Assembly: GCA_964291295.2 (NCBI GenBank)
Contig: OZ219754.1
Coordinates: forward strand, 960,001-1,024,000
Origin: an uncultured Candidatus Binatia bacterium
GTDB taxonomy: Bacteria > Desulfobacterota > Binatia > UBA9968 > JAJDTQ01
DNA: 64,000 nucleotides
Reading direction: 5' to 3'
Every line of letters starts with the position of its first letter. Position 1 is the first letter of the stretch. The notes beneath the pieces were generated by a model. That model was not told the origin of the DNA and searched no databases. It was given only the letters and a program-made list of their open reading frames with translations. Shown here in pieces: positions 34,805 to 44,814 of the stretch. Made by a program: the position numbers and the translations under genes.

Positions 34805-37024
34805 ATGCCGCAACACACTTCATACCGTTTCCAGCATGTGGGCCGGGACGTTCCCCGGGTGGATGGGTTGGACAAGGTGACGGGGCGGGCCAGGTATACC
34901 GGCGACATCGTGCTGCCGGGGATGCTCGAAGGCCGGATCCTGCGAAGCCCGCTGCCGCACGCGCGCATCCGTGCCATCGACGCCACCAGGGCGGAGGCGC
35001 TTGGCGGCGTCCACGCGGTGGTCACCGCCGGCGACCTGGAGGGGCTGGACCCCTTCTACAACGGCCGTCCGGTGGTGGCCATGGAGAAGGTGCGCTACGT
35101 CGGCGAGCCGGTGGCGGCGGTGGCGGCGGCGGATGAGCATATCGCGGAGGCGGCGCTGGCGCTCATCGAGGTGGACTACGAGGCGCTGCCGCCGGTGCTC
35201 GGCATGGACGCGGCGCTGGCGCCGGGGGCGCCGCAGATTCACGACGACGCGCCCGGCAACGTGTGTGCGCACGAGCGGGTGGCGCAGGGGGATGTCGCCC
35301 GGGGGTTCGCCGCCTCGGACCGTGTCTTCGAGGCGCGGTACACGTTCCCCAGCGTCTACCACTACAGCATGGAGCCCCATGCCGCGGTGGCCCGTTACGG
35401 CGCGGACCGCATCGACCTCTGGTCCTCGGCCCAGCATCCGTTCCTGGTCCAGGGGGATATCGCGCGCATCTTCGGCGTCGCCCGCTCCCAGGTGCGCCTG
35501 CAGGTCCCCTTTCTGGGCGGCGGCTTCGGCGGCAAGTCCTACAGCAAGTTCGAGCCCCTGGTGGTGCTGCTCGCGCGCAAGGCGGGTCGTCCGGTGCGGG
35601 TGTGCCTGTCGGTTGCCGAGGCGATGGTGACGGTTCGGCGCCACGGCGCCACCGTCAGGCTCAAGACCGGGGTGAACAACGACGGTACCCTGATGGCCCG
35701 GCAGGCCGAAATCCATCTCGACACCGGCGCGTTCACCGAGAACACGACAATGGTGGCGCGACTCGCCGCCACCCGGGTGCTGGGTCCCTACCGCATCCCG
35801 CACCTCAGGAGCGATGTCTACTCCGTGCACACCAATGCCGGCTCCGCGGGTTCGTTCCGCTCCGTGGCCGCGCCCCAGACGCTCTTTGCCTGCGAGTCGC
35901 AGATGGACGAGATCGCGGCGGCCCTGGGCATGGACCCGCTGGAGCTGCGCGACCGGAACCTGCTCAAGCGCGGCGAGGTCCTGCAACCCGGGCTGCGGCC
36001 CGTGGACGTGGATCTCCGTTCGAGCCTGAGGCGGCTCGCCTCCGGGTCGCGCTGGCGTGCCCGCCACCGGAAGGCGCCGCTGGGCCTTGCCTGCGGTGCC
36101 ACCAACGCCGGCGGCGTGTTGCCGGTGTCCGTGGCGCTGGTTCGCCTGGGACCGGACGGCCACGTTTCGATACTGGCCGGCAGCACCGAGATGGGCCAGG
36201 GGGTGCGGACCACCCTGACGCAGATCGTCGCCGAGGAGCTTGTGTTGCCGTGCCACCGGGTCCAGGCCGTGCCCGCGGACACCACGGTCACGCCGTATGA
36301 CCACTCCACCGGAGCCAGCCGTTCCACCACGGTCATGGGGCGGGCGGTCCAGGCGGCGGCCCGGGACCTCAAGCGGCAGTTGCGCGCCCTGGCGGCAAAG
36401 GCATTCGGCGTCACGCCGGGCAAGGTGCGCCTGTCCGGGGGACGGCTTGTGGCCGGCGAGCGGGCGATGTCGTTCACCGACGCTTTGGCCTGCCGCTTCG
36501 GCGCCGTCGCCGGGGAGCTCGTGGGCCGCGGCACCATGGGTCCGGAGATGGTCGGCGGCATGACGCCGGTACTCTGGGAGGTGGGCATGGGCGTGGCCGA
36601 ACTGGAGATCGACGGCGACACCGGTGCGCTGAATCTGGCCAGCTACATCTCCGTGGCCGACGTGGGCAAGGCCATCCATCCGCAACACTGCGTGGGGCAG
36701 GAAGAGGGTGCGGCGATGATGGGCATCGGCCACACCTTCATGGAGCGGATGGTCCACGACGACCACCAGTTGCTCAACCCCGGTCTCGTGGACTACCGCG
36801 TGCCGAAGTTCGAGGATCTGCCGGCGGAGTACCACACGTTTCTTGTGGAGAACCGGGATGGCGTGGGTCCCTACGGCAGCCGCGGCATGGGCGAGGGCGG
36901 CATCTTCCCGGTCGCCCCCGCGGTGGCCAGCGCGCTGGCCCGGGCCACCGGGGTGCGTATTCGCGACCTGCCGCTCACCCCCGAGCGGGTGTGGCGGGCA
37001 CTGAGGGACGGGGGGGCGGATTAG
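34805..37024 (+). CDS. Xanthine dehydrogenase family molybdopterin-binding subunit
   Basis: KVTGRARY, LRSPLPHARI, LGGGFGGK, EMGQG, GMGEGG. Confidence 0.92.
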   Translation: MPQHTSYRFQHVGRDVPRVDGLDKVTGRARYTGDIVLPGMLEGRILRSPLPHARIRAIDATRAEALGGVHAVVTAGDLEGLDPFYNGRPVVAMEKVRYVGEPVAAVAAADEHIAEAALALIEVDYEALPPVLGMDAALAPGAPQIHDDAPGNVCAHERVAQGDVARGFAASDRVFEARYTFPSVYHYSMEPHAAVARYGADRIDLWSSAQHPFLVQGDIARIFGVARSQVRLQVPFLGGGFGGKSYSKFEPLVVLLARKAGRPVRVCLSVAEAMVTVRRHGATVRLKTGVNNDGTLMARQAEIHLDTGAFTENTTMVARLAATRVLGPYRIPHLRSDVYSVHTNAGSAGSFRSVAAPQTLFACESQMDEIAAALGMDPLELRDRNLLKRGEVLQPGLRPVDVDLRSSLRRLASGSRWRARHRKAPLGLACGATNAGGVLPVSVALVRLGPDGHVSILAGSTEMGQGVRTTLTQIVAEELVLPCHRVQAVPADTTVTPYDHSTGASRSTTVMGRAVQAAARDLKRQLRALAAKAFGVTPGKVRLSGGRLVAGERAMSFTDALACRFGAVAGELVGRGTMGPEMVGGMTPVLWEVGMGVAELEIDGDTGALNLASYISVADVGKAIHPQHCVGQEEGAAMMGIGHTFMERMVHDDHQLLNPGLVDYRVPKFEDLPAEYHTFLVENRDGVGPYGSRGMGEGGIFPVAPAVASALARATGVRIRDLPLTPERVWRALRDGGAD

Positions 37025-39333
37025 CCGTCCGCGCGCTCCCGGAGCCAGGCGCGGATGCGGTCGGGGCTGAGCGGGAGGTCCTTGACCTCGATGCCGAGAG
37101 CATTGCTGACGGCGTTGCCCAAGGCGCCGGCGGTGCCGACGATGCCGCCCTCCCCGGCGCCCTTGACGCCCAGCGGGTTGTAGGGCGAAGGCGCCTCCTC
37201 CAGCACCAGGTCGTCAATGGGCGGGACGTCGGTGCTGGTGGGCAGCAGGTAGTCCAGGAAGGTGGTGGTGAGGAGTTGGCCGCCCTCGCCGTACACGAGC
37301 TCTTCCAGCACCACGCCGCCGATGCCCTGCACCGCGGCGCCCACGGTCTGGCCGCGCACCATGAGGGGGTTGACCACCCGGCCCACGTCCTCCACCACCA
37401 GGTACTTGAGCACTTCCAGCATGCCGGTTTCGGGGTCCACGGCCACGTGGGCCAAGTGCACGCCGTAGGTGTGGGTGATGTTGTCGGAGTTGTAGTAGGC
37501 GGTGGCTTCCAGTTCGGGGACGCCCTGCCCCGGGATGATGGACTCGCGCATGTGCGCCACCAGCTTTCCCAGCGGCAGCGCCGGTGCCTCGGTGCCGGTA
37601 CGGACGATGTTGCCGTCCTCCAGCGACAGGCCGGCGGTGTCCGTGCCCATGTGGCGGGCGGCCGCCGCCAGTATCTTGTCCTTGAGTTGCAGCGCGGTGA
37701 GGTGCACGGCGTTGCCGGCCATGACCGTGCCGCGGCTGGCGAAGGTGCCCCAGCCGAAGGGCGAGAGGTCGGTATTGCCGTGGAACACCGAGATGGCGTC
37801 CATGGGCACCCCCAGGGCGTCGGCGCAGATCTGCGCCATGGCGGTCTCGTGCCCCTGTCCCAACTGGGCGATGCTCAGGAACACGCTGACCCCGCCACCC
37901 TCGCCCACCACCATGCGGGCGCCCTCGTAGGGCTCCAGCCCGCCGGTATTCTTGACGAAGTACGAAAGCCCCACGCCGTGGTGGCGGCCATCCTCCCGCA
38001 GCCCCTGAAGCCCCCGCACTTGGTCGTAGTCGAACCGTTCCAGGGCCTGCCGGAGCGCGCTCGGGTAGTCGCCGCTGTCGAGGATGGTGGGGTGGGCGCC
38101 GGGCCGGGTGAATCCCACCTCGTAGGGGATCTCCTCGGGCCGCACCAGATTCTTGCGCCGCAGCTCCACCGGATCCAGCTCCAGGTCCCGGGCCATCATG
38201 TCCAGCATGCGCTCGCGGTAGAAGCACGACTCCACCCGCCCGGGGGCGCGCAGCGTGCCCATGCCGGTCTTGTTGGTCATGACGCAGTGGATCCTGGCTT
38301 CATAGTTGGGGATCCGGTAGGGGCCGGTCAGCAGCGCCGCCGTGGAGCAGGGCACCAGTCCTCCGTGGGTGCGCACGTAGGCGCCCATGTCGCCGTAGAT
38401 CCGCGCCCGCACGGCCAGCAGGGTGCCGTCCCGTCGCGCCGCCATCTCCAGTTCGCAGGTGATCTGCCGCGAGTGGTTGGCCGCCAACAGGTGCTCGCGC
38501 CGGTCCTCGATCCACTTCACCGGCGCTCCCAGCCGCATGGAGGCGAAGGGAATCAGGAAATCCTCGGGGTAGAGTTCGCCGCGGATGCCGAAGCCGCCGC
38601 CCACGTCGTTTTCCTCGAAGTGGCACTTGTGTTCCGGCAGTTGCAGGAAGGCGGCGATGGTCTGGCGGTTCAGGTGCGGCAGCTTGGTGGCGCCGTAGAC
38701 CCGGAGTTCTCCCTTGCCGCGGTCGAAATGCGCCACGATGCCCCGGGTCTCCATGGGATTGCCGGTGAAGCGGTGCACCCGGAACTCTTCCCGGCGGGTG
38801 TAGTCGGCTTCCGCGAAGGCCCTGTCGGCGTCGCCGATGGAAACGTGGTGAACCCCGGCCAGATTGGTGCCGTTGTGGGCGTGTACCACCACCTTGTCCT
38901 CGAGTGCCTCCCGCACGTCCATGACTTCCGGCAGCACCTCGTAGTCGACGTCGATGGCGTCCAGTGCGTCCTCGGCGAGGTAGCGGCTCTCGGCCACGGC
39001 CACGGCCACGGGCTCGCCCACGTAACGCACCATGTCCCGGGCCAGCGACGGCTGAAGGTATTTGTCGAGTCCCGGGATCCTGTACATGCGGATGGGAACG
39101 GTGGCGTCCAGTTCGCCGAGGTCCTTGCACGTGAACACCGAGACCACGCCCGGCAGGGCCTCGGCCCGGCGGGTGTCGATGCCGCGGATGCGCGCGTGTG
39201 CATGGGGGCTGCGAAGGATGGCGGCATGGACCATGTGGGGCAGCCGGATGTCGTCCACGTAGGTGCCCGTGCCGGTGATGAAGCGGACGTCCTCGCGCCG
39301 CTTGATGGGAGCGCCGATGTATGTTTCCGCCAT
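37021..39333 (-). CDS. Xanthine dehydrogenase/CoxL-like molybdopterin-binding subunit
   Basis: RREDVRFITG, RSPHAHARI, VGGGFG, GQGHET, KGAGEGG; active-site loop TLRAPGR rather than AYxCSFR. Confidence 0.92.
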   Translation of the reverse strand: MAETYIGAPIKRREDVRFITGTGTYVDDIRLPHMVHAAILRSPHAHARIRGIDTRRAEALPGVVSVFTCKDLGELDATVPIRMYRIPGLDKYLQPSLARDMVRYVGEPVAVAVAESRYLAEDALDAIDVDYEVLPEVMDVREALEDKVVVHAHNGTNLAGVHHVSIGDADRAFAEADYTRREEFRVHRFTGNPMETRGIVAHFDRGKGELRVYGATKLPHLNRQTIAAFLQLPEHKCHFEENDVGGGFGIRGELYPEDFLIPFASMRLGAPVKWIEDRREHLLAANHSRQITCELEMAARRDGTLLAVRARIYGDMGAYVRTHGGLVPCSTAALLTGPYRIPNYEARIHCVMTNKTGMGTLRAPGRVESCFYRERMLDMMARDLELDPVELRRKNLVRPEEIPYEVGFTRPGAHPTILDSGDYPSALRQALERFDYDQVRGLQGLREDGRHHGVGLSYFVKNTGGLEPYEGARMVVGEGGGVSVFLSIAQLGQGHETAMAQICADALGVPMDAISVFHGNTDLSPFGWGTFASRGTVMAGNAVHLTALQLKDKILAAAARHMGTDTAGLSLEDGNIVRTGTEAPALPLGKLVAHMRESIIPGQGVPELEATAYYNSDNITHTYGVHLAHVAVDPETGMLEVLKYLVVEDVGRVVNPLMVRGQTVGAAVQGIGGVVLEELVYGEGGQLLTTTFLDYLLPTSTDVPPIDDLVLEEAPSPYNPLGVKGAGEGGIVGTAGALGNAVSNALGIEVKDLPLSPDRIRAWLRERADG

Positions 39334-39404
39334 GGCCGAATGTTCCGTTCAGGAGCCGCGCGCGGGGCCGGACTCGTCCTGGCGAGTCCGGGCGACCGCC
39401 GCGA

Positions 39405-39896
39405 TCAGGCCTTGTCCGATCCGCCGTCCAGTTCCGGGGCGGCCTGCGCGATGGCCTCGATGATGGGCTGATAGCCGGTGCACCGGCAGAGGTTTCCCGA
39501 TATGGCCTCGCGGATTTCGGCATCCGTGGGCTGAGGGTTCTCCTTCAGGAAGGCGGACGCGGTCATCAGGAAACCGGGGGTGCAGAAGCCGCACTGGAGC
39601 GCGTGCCGGTCCTGGAACGCCGCCTGCAGGGGGTGCAGCCGGTCGCCGTCCGCCAGCCCCTCGACGGTTTCCAGCGTCGCCCCTTCCGCCTGCACCGCCA
39701 GCAGCAGGCAGGAGCGCACCGCCTCGCCGTCCATGATCACCGTGCAGGCGCCGCACACGCCGTGCTCGCAGCCCAGGTGAGTGCCGGTGAGGTCGAGTTC
39801 GTTCCTGAGAAAATCGGCCAGCGTCATGCGCACTTCCACGAGCTTCTCATACGCCTTGCCGTTCACTGTCAGGTTCACGATGCTCTTGGTGCTCAT
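39405..39896 (-). CDS. (2Fe-2S)-binding small subunit, CoxS-like
   Basis: GCEHGVCGACT, QCGFCTPG, GNLCRCTGY. Confidence 0.93.
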   Translation of the reverse strand: MSTKSIVNLTVNGKAYEKLVEVRMTLADFLRNELDLTGTHLGCEHGVCGACTVIMDGEAVRSCLLLAVQAEGATLETVEGLADGDRLHPLQAAFQDRHALQCGFCTPGFLMTASAFLKENPQPTDAEIREAISGNLCRCTGYQPIIEAIAQAAPELDGGSDKA

Positions 39897-40777
39897 GACG
39901 CGCTGCCCTCTCCATTGGCCCGGGCCGCGGCCGCCTTCAGCGCGCGCCGGGTGAGAACGCCGCCCACCTCCTTGCGGTACAGCGCCGAGGCGTGGATGTC
40001 GGAGTCGGGCTCCAGCTCCTCGAAGACGATGCGCTCCACCTCCTTCAGGGTGGCGTCGTCCAGGGCGGCGCCCCGGAGGCGCTGCTCCGCCTTCTCGACC
40101 CGGACCGGCCTGCCTCCCACGCCGAACAGCACGATGCGCGCGTCCGTGCAGGCGGCGCCGTCGCTGTCCACCCAGAGCGCCACGCCGACCATGGCGAAGT
40201 CGCCCTTGCGGCGGGACACCTCGTCGATTGCCCAGAGCCGCCCCGGTTTCCAAGCCGGCACGCGAACCTCGGTCAGCACCTCGTTGGCTTGGGTGGCCGT
40301 GGCCATGTAGCCGAGATAGAACTCTTCCGCGCTGACCACCCGCTCCCCGGCGGTGCTGGCAAGCACCAGTTCCGCGTCCAGGGCCACCGACACCGCCGGC
40401 AGCTCCGCTGCGGGGTCGGCATGGACCAGGCTGCCGCCCACCGTGCCGCGGTTGCGGATCTGGAAATGTCCGATCAAGGGCACGGCCGCCGCCAGCAGGG
40501 GATGGCGGGCCGGGAGAGCGGCGTCCCGTTCCAGCGCCCGCTGGCGCACCAGCGCGCCGATGCGGAGGCCGCCGTCGCCGTTGGCGGCCACCGCGTCCAG
40601 ACCGGGAACGCGGTTCAGGTCCACGATCACCGCCGGCCGGGCCAGACGCAGGCTCATGAGCGGCATCAGGCTCTGCCCGCCGGCGAGAACCTTGCCGTCG
40701 TCGTTGTGCTCGTCAAGCAGGCGAACCGCCTCGTCCAGGGTCTCCGGGCGGCAGTAGCGAAAAGGTGCAGGTTTCAT
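39893..40777 (-). CDS. FAD-binding medium subunit, CoxM-like
   Basis: MKPAPFRY, LAGGQSL, IRNRGTVGGS, HADPAAE. Confidence 0.93.
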   Translation of the reverse strand: MKPAPFRYCRPETLDEAVRLLDEHNDDGKVLAGGQSLMPLMSLRLARPAVIVDLNRVPGLDAVAANGDGGLRIGALVRQRALERDAALPARHPLLAAAVPLIGHFQIRNRGTVGGSLVHADPAAELPAVSVALDAELVLASTAGERVVSAEEFYLGYMATATQANEVLTEVRVPAWKPGRLWAIDEVSRRKGDFAMVGVALWVDSDGAACTDARIVLFGVGGRPVRVEKAEQRLRGAALDDATLKEVERIVFEELEPDSDIHASALYRKEVGGVLTRRALKAAAARANGEGSAS

Positions 40778-40897
40778 CGTGTCGTTGAAACGGAAAGGAA
40801 CGCCAGAAGGACTGGCGTCCCGGCCGCGCCCCGAAGCTACGGCTCCGGCGCGGTCTCGGACTCCGGCACATTCTCCGGCGTCCGGCGCGGTTCATGC

Positions 40898-40972
40898 GTT
40901 GCGTAGCCCGTTGCGTAGCCAATTGGCCTTTACTTGTCAACTTGACTTGTCAACAATGGCCGTTGCCACAAT
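40898..40972. promoter_or_regulatory. Repeat-rich divergent promoter region
   Basis: GTTGCGTAGCC x2 (40898, 40910); ACTTGTCAAC x2 (40932, 40945); TTGACT...CACAAT. Confidence 0.45.
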
Positions 40973-40998
40973 CACCCAGGCGGTTCTCGGGGCGAAAC

Positions 40999-43900
40999 AT
41001 GAACGAGCAGATCCCGCTACATTCCGGACAGATACTGAACGGCCCCCTGTTCAGCGAGCCGATGCGGGTGGAGACCGTGTGCGCCAACGGCGCCGGTTCC
41101 TGGGTCGCGGGCCTGGTCGGCACGCAGACGGAGCGTTTCCGCCGCGTTGCCCTGACCGCGGACGACATCGCGCGCCTCTCCATCACCGACTCCCGCCTGT
41201 CGTACGATGGCGATGGACGGCTGCTCCGGCTCGGCTTGGAGGCCCGCTCGCTCGGGATCGCCCATGAGTTCGATCCCTGCTTCGGGCTTTCCATCTCCCG
41301 GGTGGATCCGCTTCCCCATCAGCTTGAGGCCGTCTACGGGCATCTGCTCAAGCTGTCCACGGTGCGGTTTCTGCTCGCCGACGACGCCGGGGCCGGCAAG
41401 ACCATCATGGCGGGCCTGCTGGTGCGCGAGCTCAAGCTGCGCGGCCTGGCGGAACGGATCCTCGTGGTCTGCCCCGCCAATCTGACGTTCCAGTGGCAGC
41501 GCGAACTCCGGGAGAAGTTCGACGAGAAGTTCCTCGTCCTCAAGGGCAGTGACATCCGCGAGCAGTTCGGCGTCAACCAATGGATGGAGCAACCGCGGAT
41601 CATCACCTCGCTCGATCTTGCGAAACGGGATGACATTCTGCCCGGCCTGCGCCAGGTGCACTGGGATCTGGTGATCGTCGACGAGGCCCACCGCATGTCC
41701 TGGTCACCACCGGCCAGGAAGACGGCCCGCTATGCTCTCGGCGAACTGCTCCGGGACAGCACCGACCACATCCTGCTGCTGACCGCCACGCCGCACAAGG
41801 GCGACCCGCAGAACTTCACGCTGTTCCTGCAACTCCTCGACCGGGACGCCTATGCCGACGTCAAGTCCATTCGCGAGGCGATGGACCGCCGCAGGGCGCC
41901 GTTCTATCTGCGCCGCACCAAGGAGGCGATGGTCTACTTCCCGGAGCGGCAGGAAAACGGCGAGTGGCGCGCGCGGCCGGTGTTCACCCGGCGCATGCCG
42001 CGCACCGTCGGTTTCACCATCGACGGCGCCGAGTGGGAGTTGTACAGCGAGGTCACCCGGTTCGTGAAACGGCAGAGCGTTCGCGCCGCGGCTCAGGGCG
42101 ACGATCCGCGGGCGCGCGCCGTCGGCTTCCTGATGGCGTTGTACCAGCGGCGTCTCGCATCCAGCACCTGCGCCATGCGGCGCTCCCTCGAGAACCGGGC
42201 TCGACGCCTCGAAGAGGGACTGCAACGCGCCCGGACCGTGGCGAAGTCGGCGCCGCCCACCCTCCCCGATCCGGAAGAGCTGGAGGAAATGGAAGATGCC
42301 GAGCGGGCGCGTCTCGAAGCGCTGCTTGATGCCGTTACCCTGGCGGGCAATGCGGAACAGGTGCGTGAAGAGATTGCGGAGTTGACGCGGTTCGCGAAGA
42401 ATGCGCGCGCGGTCGAAGCGTCCGGCAACGAGGCCAAACTCTCCCGGCTCAGGGACATCCTGCACAAGGAGGGGTTTTTCGACCGCCCGGATCAGCGCCT
42501 GCTGCTGTTCACCGAATTCAAGGACACGCTCGACTACCTCATGGACCGGCTCAGGGCCTGGGGCTTCAGCGTCGGCTGCATCCACGGCGGCATGAAGCCC
42601 GGCTCGCGTGACGAACCGGGCTCGCGGCTCCACGCCGAACAGCAGTTCCGGGAAGGCAACATCCAGGTGCTGGTCGCCACCGAGGCGGCGGGCGAGGGCA
42701 TCAATCTCCAGTGCTGCCACATCCTCTTCAACTACGACATCCCCTGGAACCCCAACCGTCTCGAACAGCGCATGGGCCGCATCCACCGATACGGCCAGCG
42801 TCACGACTGTCTGATCTTCAACTTCGTCGCCGCCAACACCATCGAAGGCCGTGTCCTGAGCCGGCTCATGGAAAAGCTCCAGGAAATCCGGGACGCGCTT
42901 GATGACGATGCGGTGTTCAACGTGGTGGGTGAAGTTCTGCCCGCCGCCCAGGTGGAACGCGTGCTGCGGGACTACTACGCGGGCAGGCTGGGAGACGCCG
43001 ACCTCGAAGACCGCATGCTGGAGGATGTGGACGAGGTGCGGTTCCGGGCGATCTGCCAGGAGGCGCTCGAAGGTCTTGCCGCCAGGAAGCTCAATCTCGA
43101 CATGCTCGTGGAGCGCCGGGCCAGGGCTCGCGAACAGCGTGTCGTGCCGGAGAGCATCGCGCGATTCATGAAAGACTGTGCCAGGGATGCGTCGCTTGCC
43201 CTGAACCCGGTGGCAAATCTCGCGCACACGTTCGACCCGGGGCGGACACCGTCCGCGTTGAAACGGTACGAACGCGCCGATGACTGGAGGCTGCCGCAAC
43301 TTGCGGCACGCTACCCTCGCCTGTCGACGGATCGTGAAACGGCGGACGGGAAACACCTGGAATGGGTCACGCCCGGGCACCCGCTGTTCGAAGCGCTGCG
43401 CCGGCATGGCTTCGATGCCGCACGGGAGGCCTTTGCCCGAGGCGCGTGCTTCCATTCCCTGAACCATGACACGCCGGCGCGGTTCGACGTTTACCGGGCC
43501 AGAGCCGTGGACGGACTGGGGCGCACCGTTCACGAGCGGCTTTTCGCCGTCGAACTGCCGGCGGACGGCGAACCCCGGCAGCGGGAGCCCGGGTTTCTCG
43601 GTGATCTTCTGCCCGCCCGGCCGCCGGATGAACTCCCTGCCGCGGCGTCCATGCCGGAGGCTGCCGGCTGGCTCAACGAGACCGTGTTGGCGCCGTTTCT
43701 TGAAGAGGTCCGCGCGGAGCGTTCGGCCGAGGTCGAACGCGTCGCCCGGCATGTCGAGGTGTCGCTGACCGAGGTGCTGCATCGGGTCGACGCGGAGATC
43801 GGGCGCGCCGCCGAGGACGTCGAAGCGGGAAAAGCGGGCGCGGAGGGCCGTCTCGCCCAGGCCGACGAGCGCCACGCCGACGTGCTGGCGCGGCGCGACC

Positions 43901-44403
43901 GGCGTCGGGAAGAACTCCAGCGGGAATGCGCCGTCACCTTGCAAGGGGTCGAGAGGCTGGCGAGTGCCCTGATCCTGCCCCATCCCGAGCGCGAAGCGCC
44001 CGAGGTCAAGCGGCTGCGGCCGAACCTCGAGACCGAGATGACCGCCATGCGCGTGGTCATGGACTACGAGACGGCGCGGGGATGCCAAGTCTACGACGTA
44101 CACGAGAAGAACCTCGGTTACGACGTGACGAGCCTCGACCTGCGGTCCGGCGAGCTTCGCCTGATCGAGGTGAAGGGGCTCGCCGCAGCCACCGGCAGCA
44201 TCCTGCTGACGCCCAACGAGCGCCGCGTGGCCGAAGACCGCCGGGATTGCTTCTGGCTCTACGTAGTGACCGACTGCGCGAGCGAACCGACCCTGCGGGA
44301 ACCGATCCGGGACCCGGCGCGTTTCCCGTGGCAAGAGGTCACCAAGGTGCAGCACTATTGGCTTGGAGTCGATGCAATCAGTGCTGCCGGGCATGATCGA
44401 TGA
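40999..44403 (+). CDS. SNF2/RapA-like helicase with C-terminal DUF3883 (PD-(D/E)xK) domain
   Basis: PLPHQ, LADDAGAGKT, DEAH, TATPH, EGINLQ, PWNPNRLEQRMGRIHRYGQ; GYDV...IEVKG...LTPNE. Confidence 0.92.
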   Translation: MNEQIPLHSGQILNGPLFSEPMRVETVCANGAGSWVAGLVGTQTERFRRVALTADDIARLSITDSRLSYDGDGRLLRLGLEARSLGIAHEFDPCFGLSISRVDPLPHQLEAVYGHLLKLSTVRFLLADDAGAGKTIMAGLLVRELKLRGLAERILVVCPANLTFQWQRELREKFDEKFLVLKGSDIREQFGVNQWMEQPRIITSLDLAKRDDILPGLRQVHWDLVIVDEAHRMSWSPPARKTARYALGELLRDSTDHILLLTATPHKGDPQNFTLFLQLLDRDAYADVKSIREAMDRRRAPFYLRRTKEAMVYFPERQENGEWRARPVFTRRMPRTVGFTIDGAEWELYSEVTRFVKRQSVRAAAQGDDPRARAVGFLMALYQRRLASSTCAMRRSLENRARRLEEGLQRARTVAKSAPPTLPDPEELEEMEDAERARLEALLDAVTLAGNAEQVREEIAELTRFAKNARAVEASGNEAKLSRLRDILHKEGFFDRPDQRLLLFTEFKDTLDYLMDRLRAWGFSVGCIHGGMKPGSRDEPGSRLHAEQQFREGNIQVLVATEAAGEGINLQCCHILFNYDIPWNPNRLEQRMGRIHRYGQRHDCLIFNFVAANTIEGRVLSRLMEKLQEIRDALDDDAVFNVVGEVLPAAQVERVLRDYYAGRLGDADLEDRMLEDVDEVRFRAICQEALEGLAARKLNLDMLVERRARAREQRVVPESIARFMKDCARDASLALNPVANLAHTFDPGRTPSALKRYERADDWRLPQLAARYPRLSTDRETADGKHLEWVTPGHPLFEALRRHGFDAAREAFARGACFHSLNHDTPARFDVYRARAVDGLGRTVHERLFAVELPADGEPRQREPGFLGDLLPARPPDELPAAASMPEAAGWLNETVLAPFLEEVRAERSAEVERVARHVEVSLTEVLHRVDAEIGRAAEDVEAGKAGAEGRLAQADERHADVLARRDRRREELQRECAVTLQGVERLASALILPHPEREAPEVKRLRPNLETEMTAMRVVMDYETARGCQVYDVHEKNLGYDVTSLDLRSGELRLIEVKGLAAATGSILLTPNERRVAEDRRDCFWLYVVTDCASEPTLREPIRDPARFPWQEVTKVQHYWLGVDAISAAGHDR

Positions 44404-44798
44404 CCGCGAAAGTCAAACACCTGGAATTCATCCAGGGCGTGATCAACCGCCTTGCCACCGACTCGTTCCGCATCAAGGGCTGGGCCGTGGTCCTCGTATC
44501 CGCGCTTGTCGTTCTGCTTGTCCGGGAAGACCGGACCGATCTCGCCTGGATCGGCCTCGTCCCGGTGCTGGTCTTCTGGGGGCTTGACGGCTACTTCCTG
44601 TGGCAGGAAAGGCTGTTTCGCGACCTTTACGATCATGTCCGGGAGAAAGAGGGAGACGGTGCAGACTTTTCGATGGATACTTCGGCGTTTCGTCGATCCT
44701 GGCGTCGGTCCTGGATTCGCGCGGTATGGTCCATCACCCTATGTCTGTTTTATTTGGCATTGGCCATCTCGTTGGCTGTCGCTCTTTTGCTCGGCTAA
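44400..44798 (+). CDS. Small multi-pass membrane protein, putative TIR-linked effector
   Basis: KHLEFIQGVINRLATDSFRIKGW, three hydrophobic segments, WGLDGYFLWQERLFRDLYD; ATGA overlap with the helicase. Confidence 0.78.
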   Translation: MTAKVKHLEFIQGVINRLATDSFRIKGWAVVLVSALVVLLVREDRTDLAWIGLVPVLVFWGLDGYFLWQERLFRDLYDHVREKEGDGADFSMDTSAFRRSWRRSWIRAVWSITLCLFYLALAISLAVALLLG

Positions 44799-44814
44799 TC
44801 AGGGGAGACTCAAT

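Noticed and set aside
37021-40777. Aerobic CO dehydrogenase coxMSL
   Set aside because: Large subunit lacks AYxCSFR and AYxGAGR; no cox accessory genes
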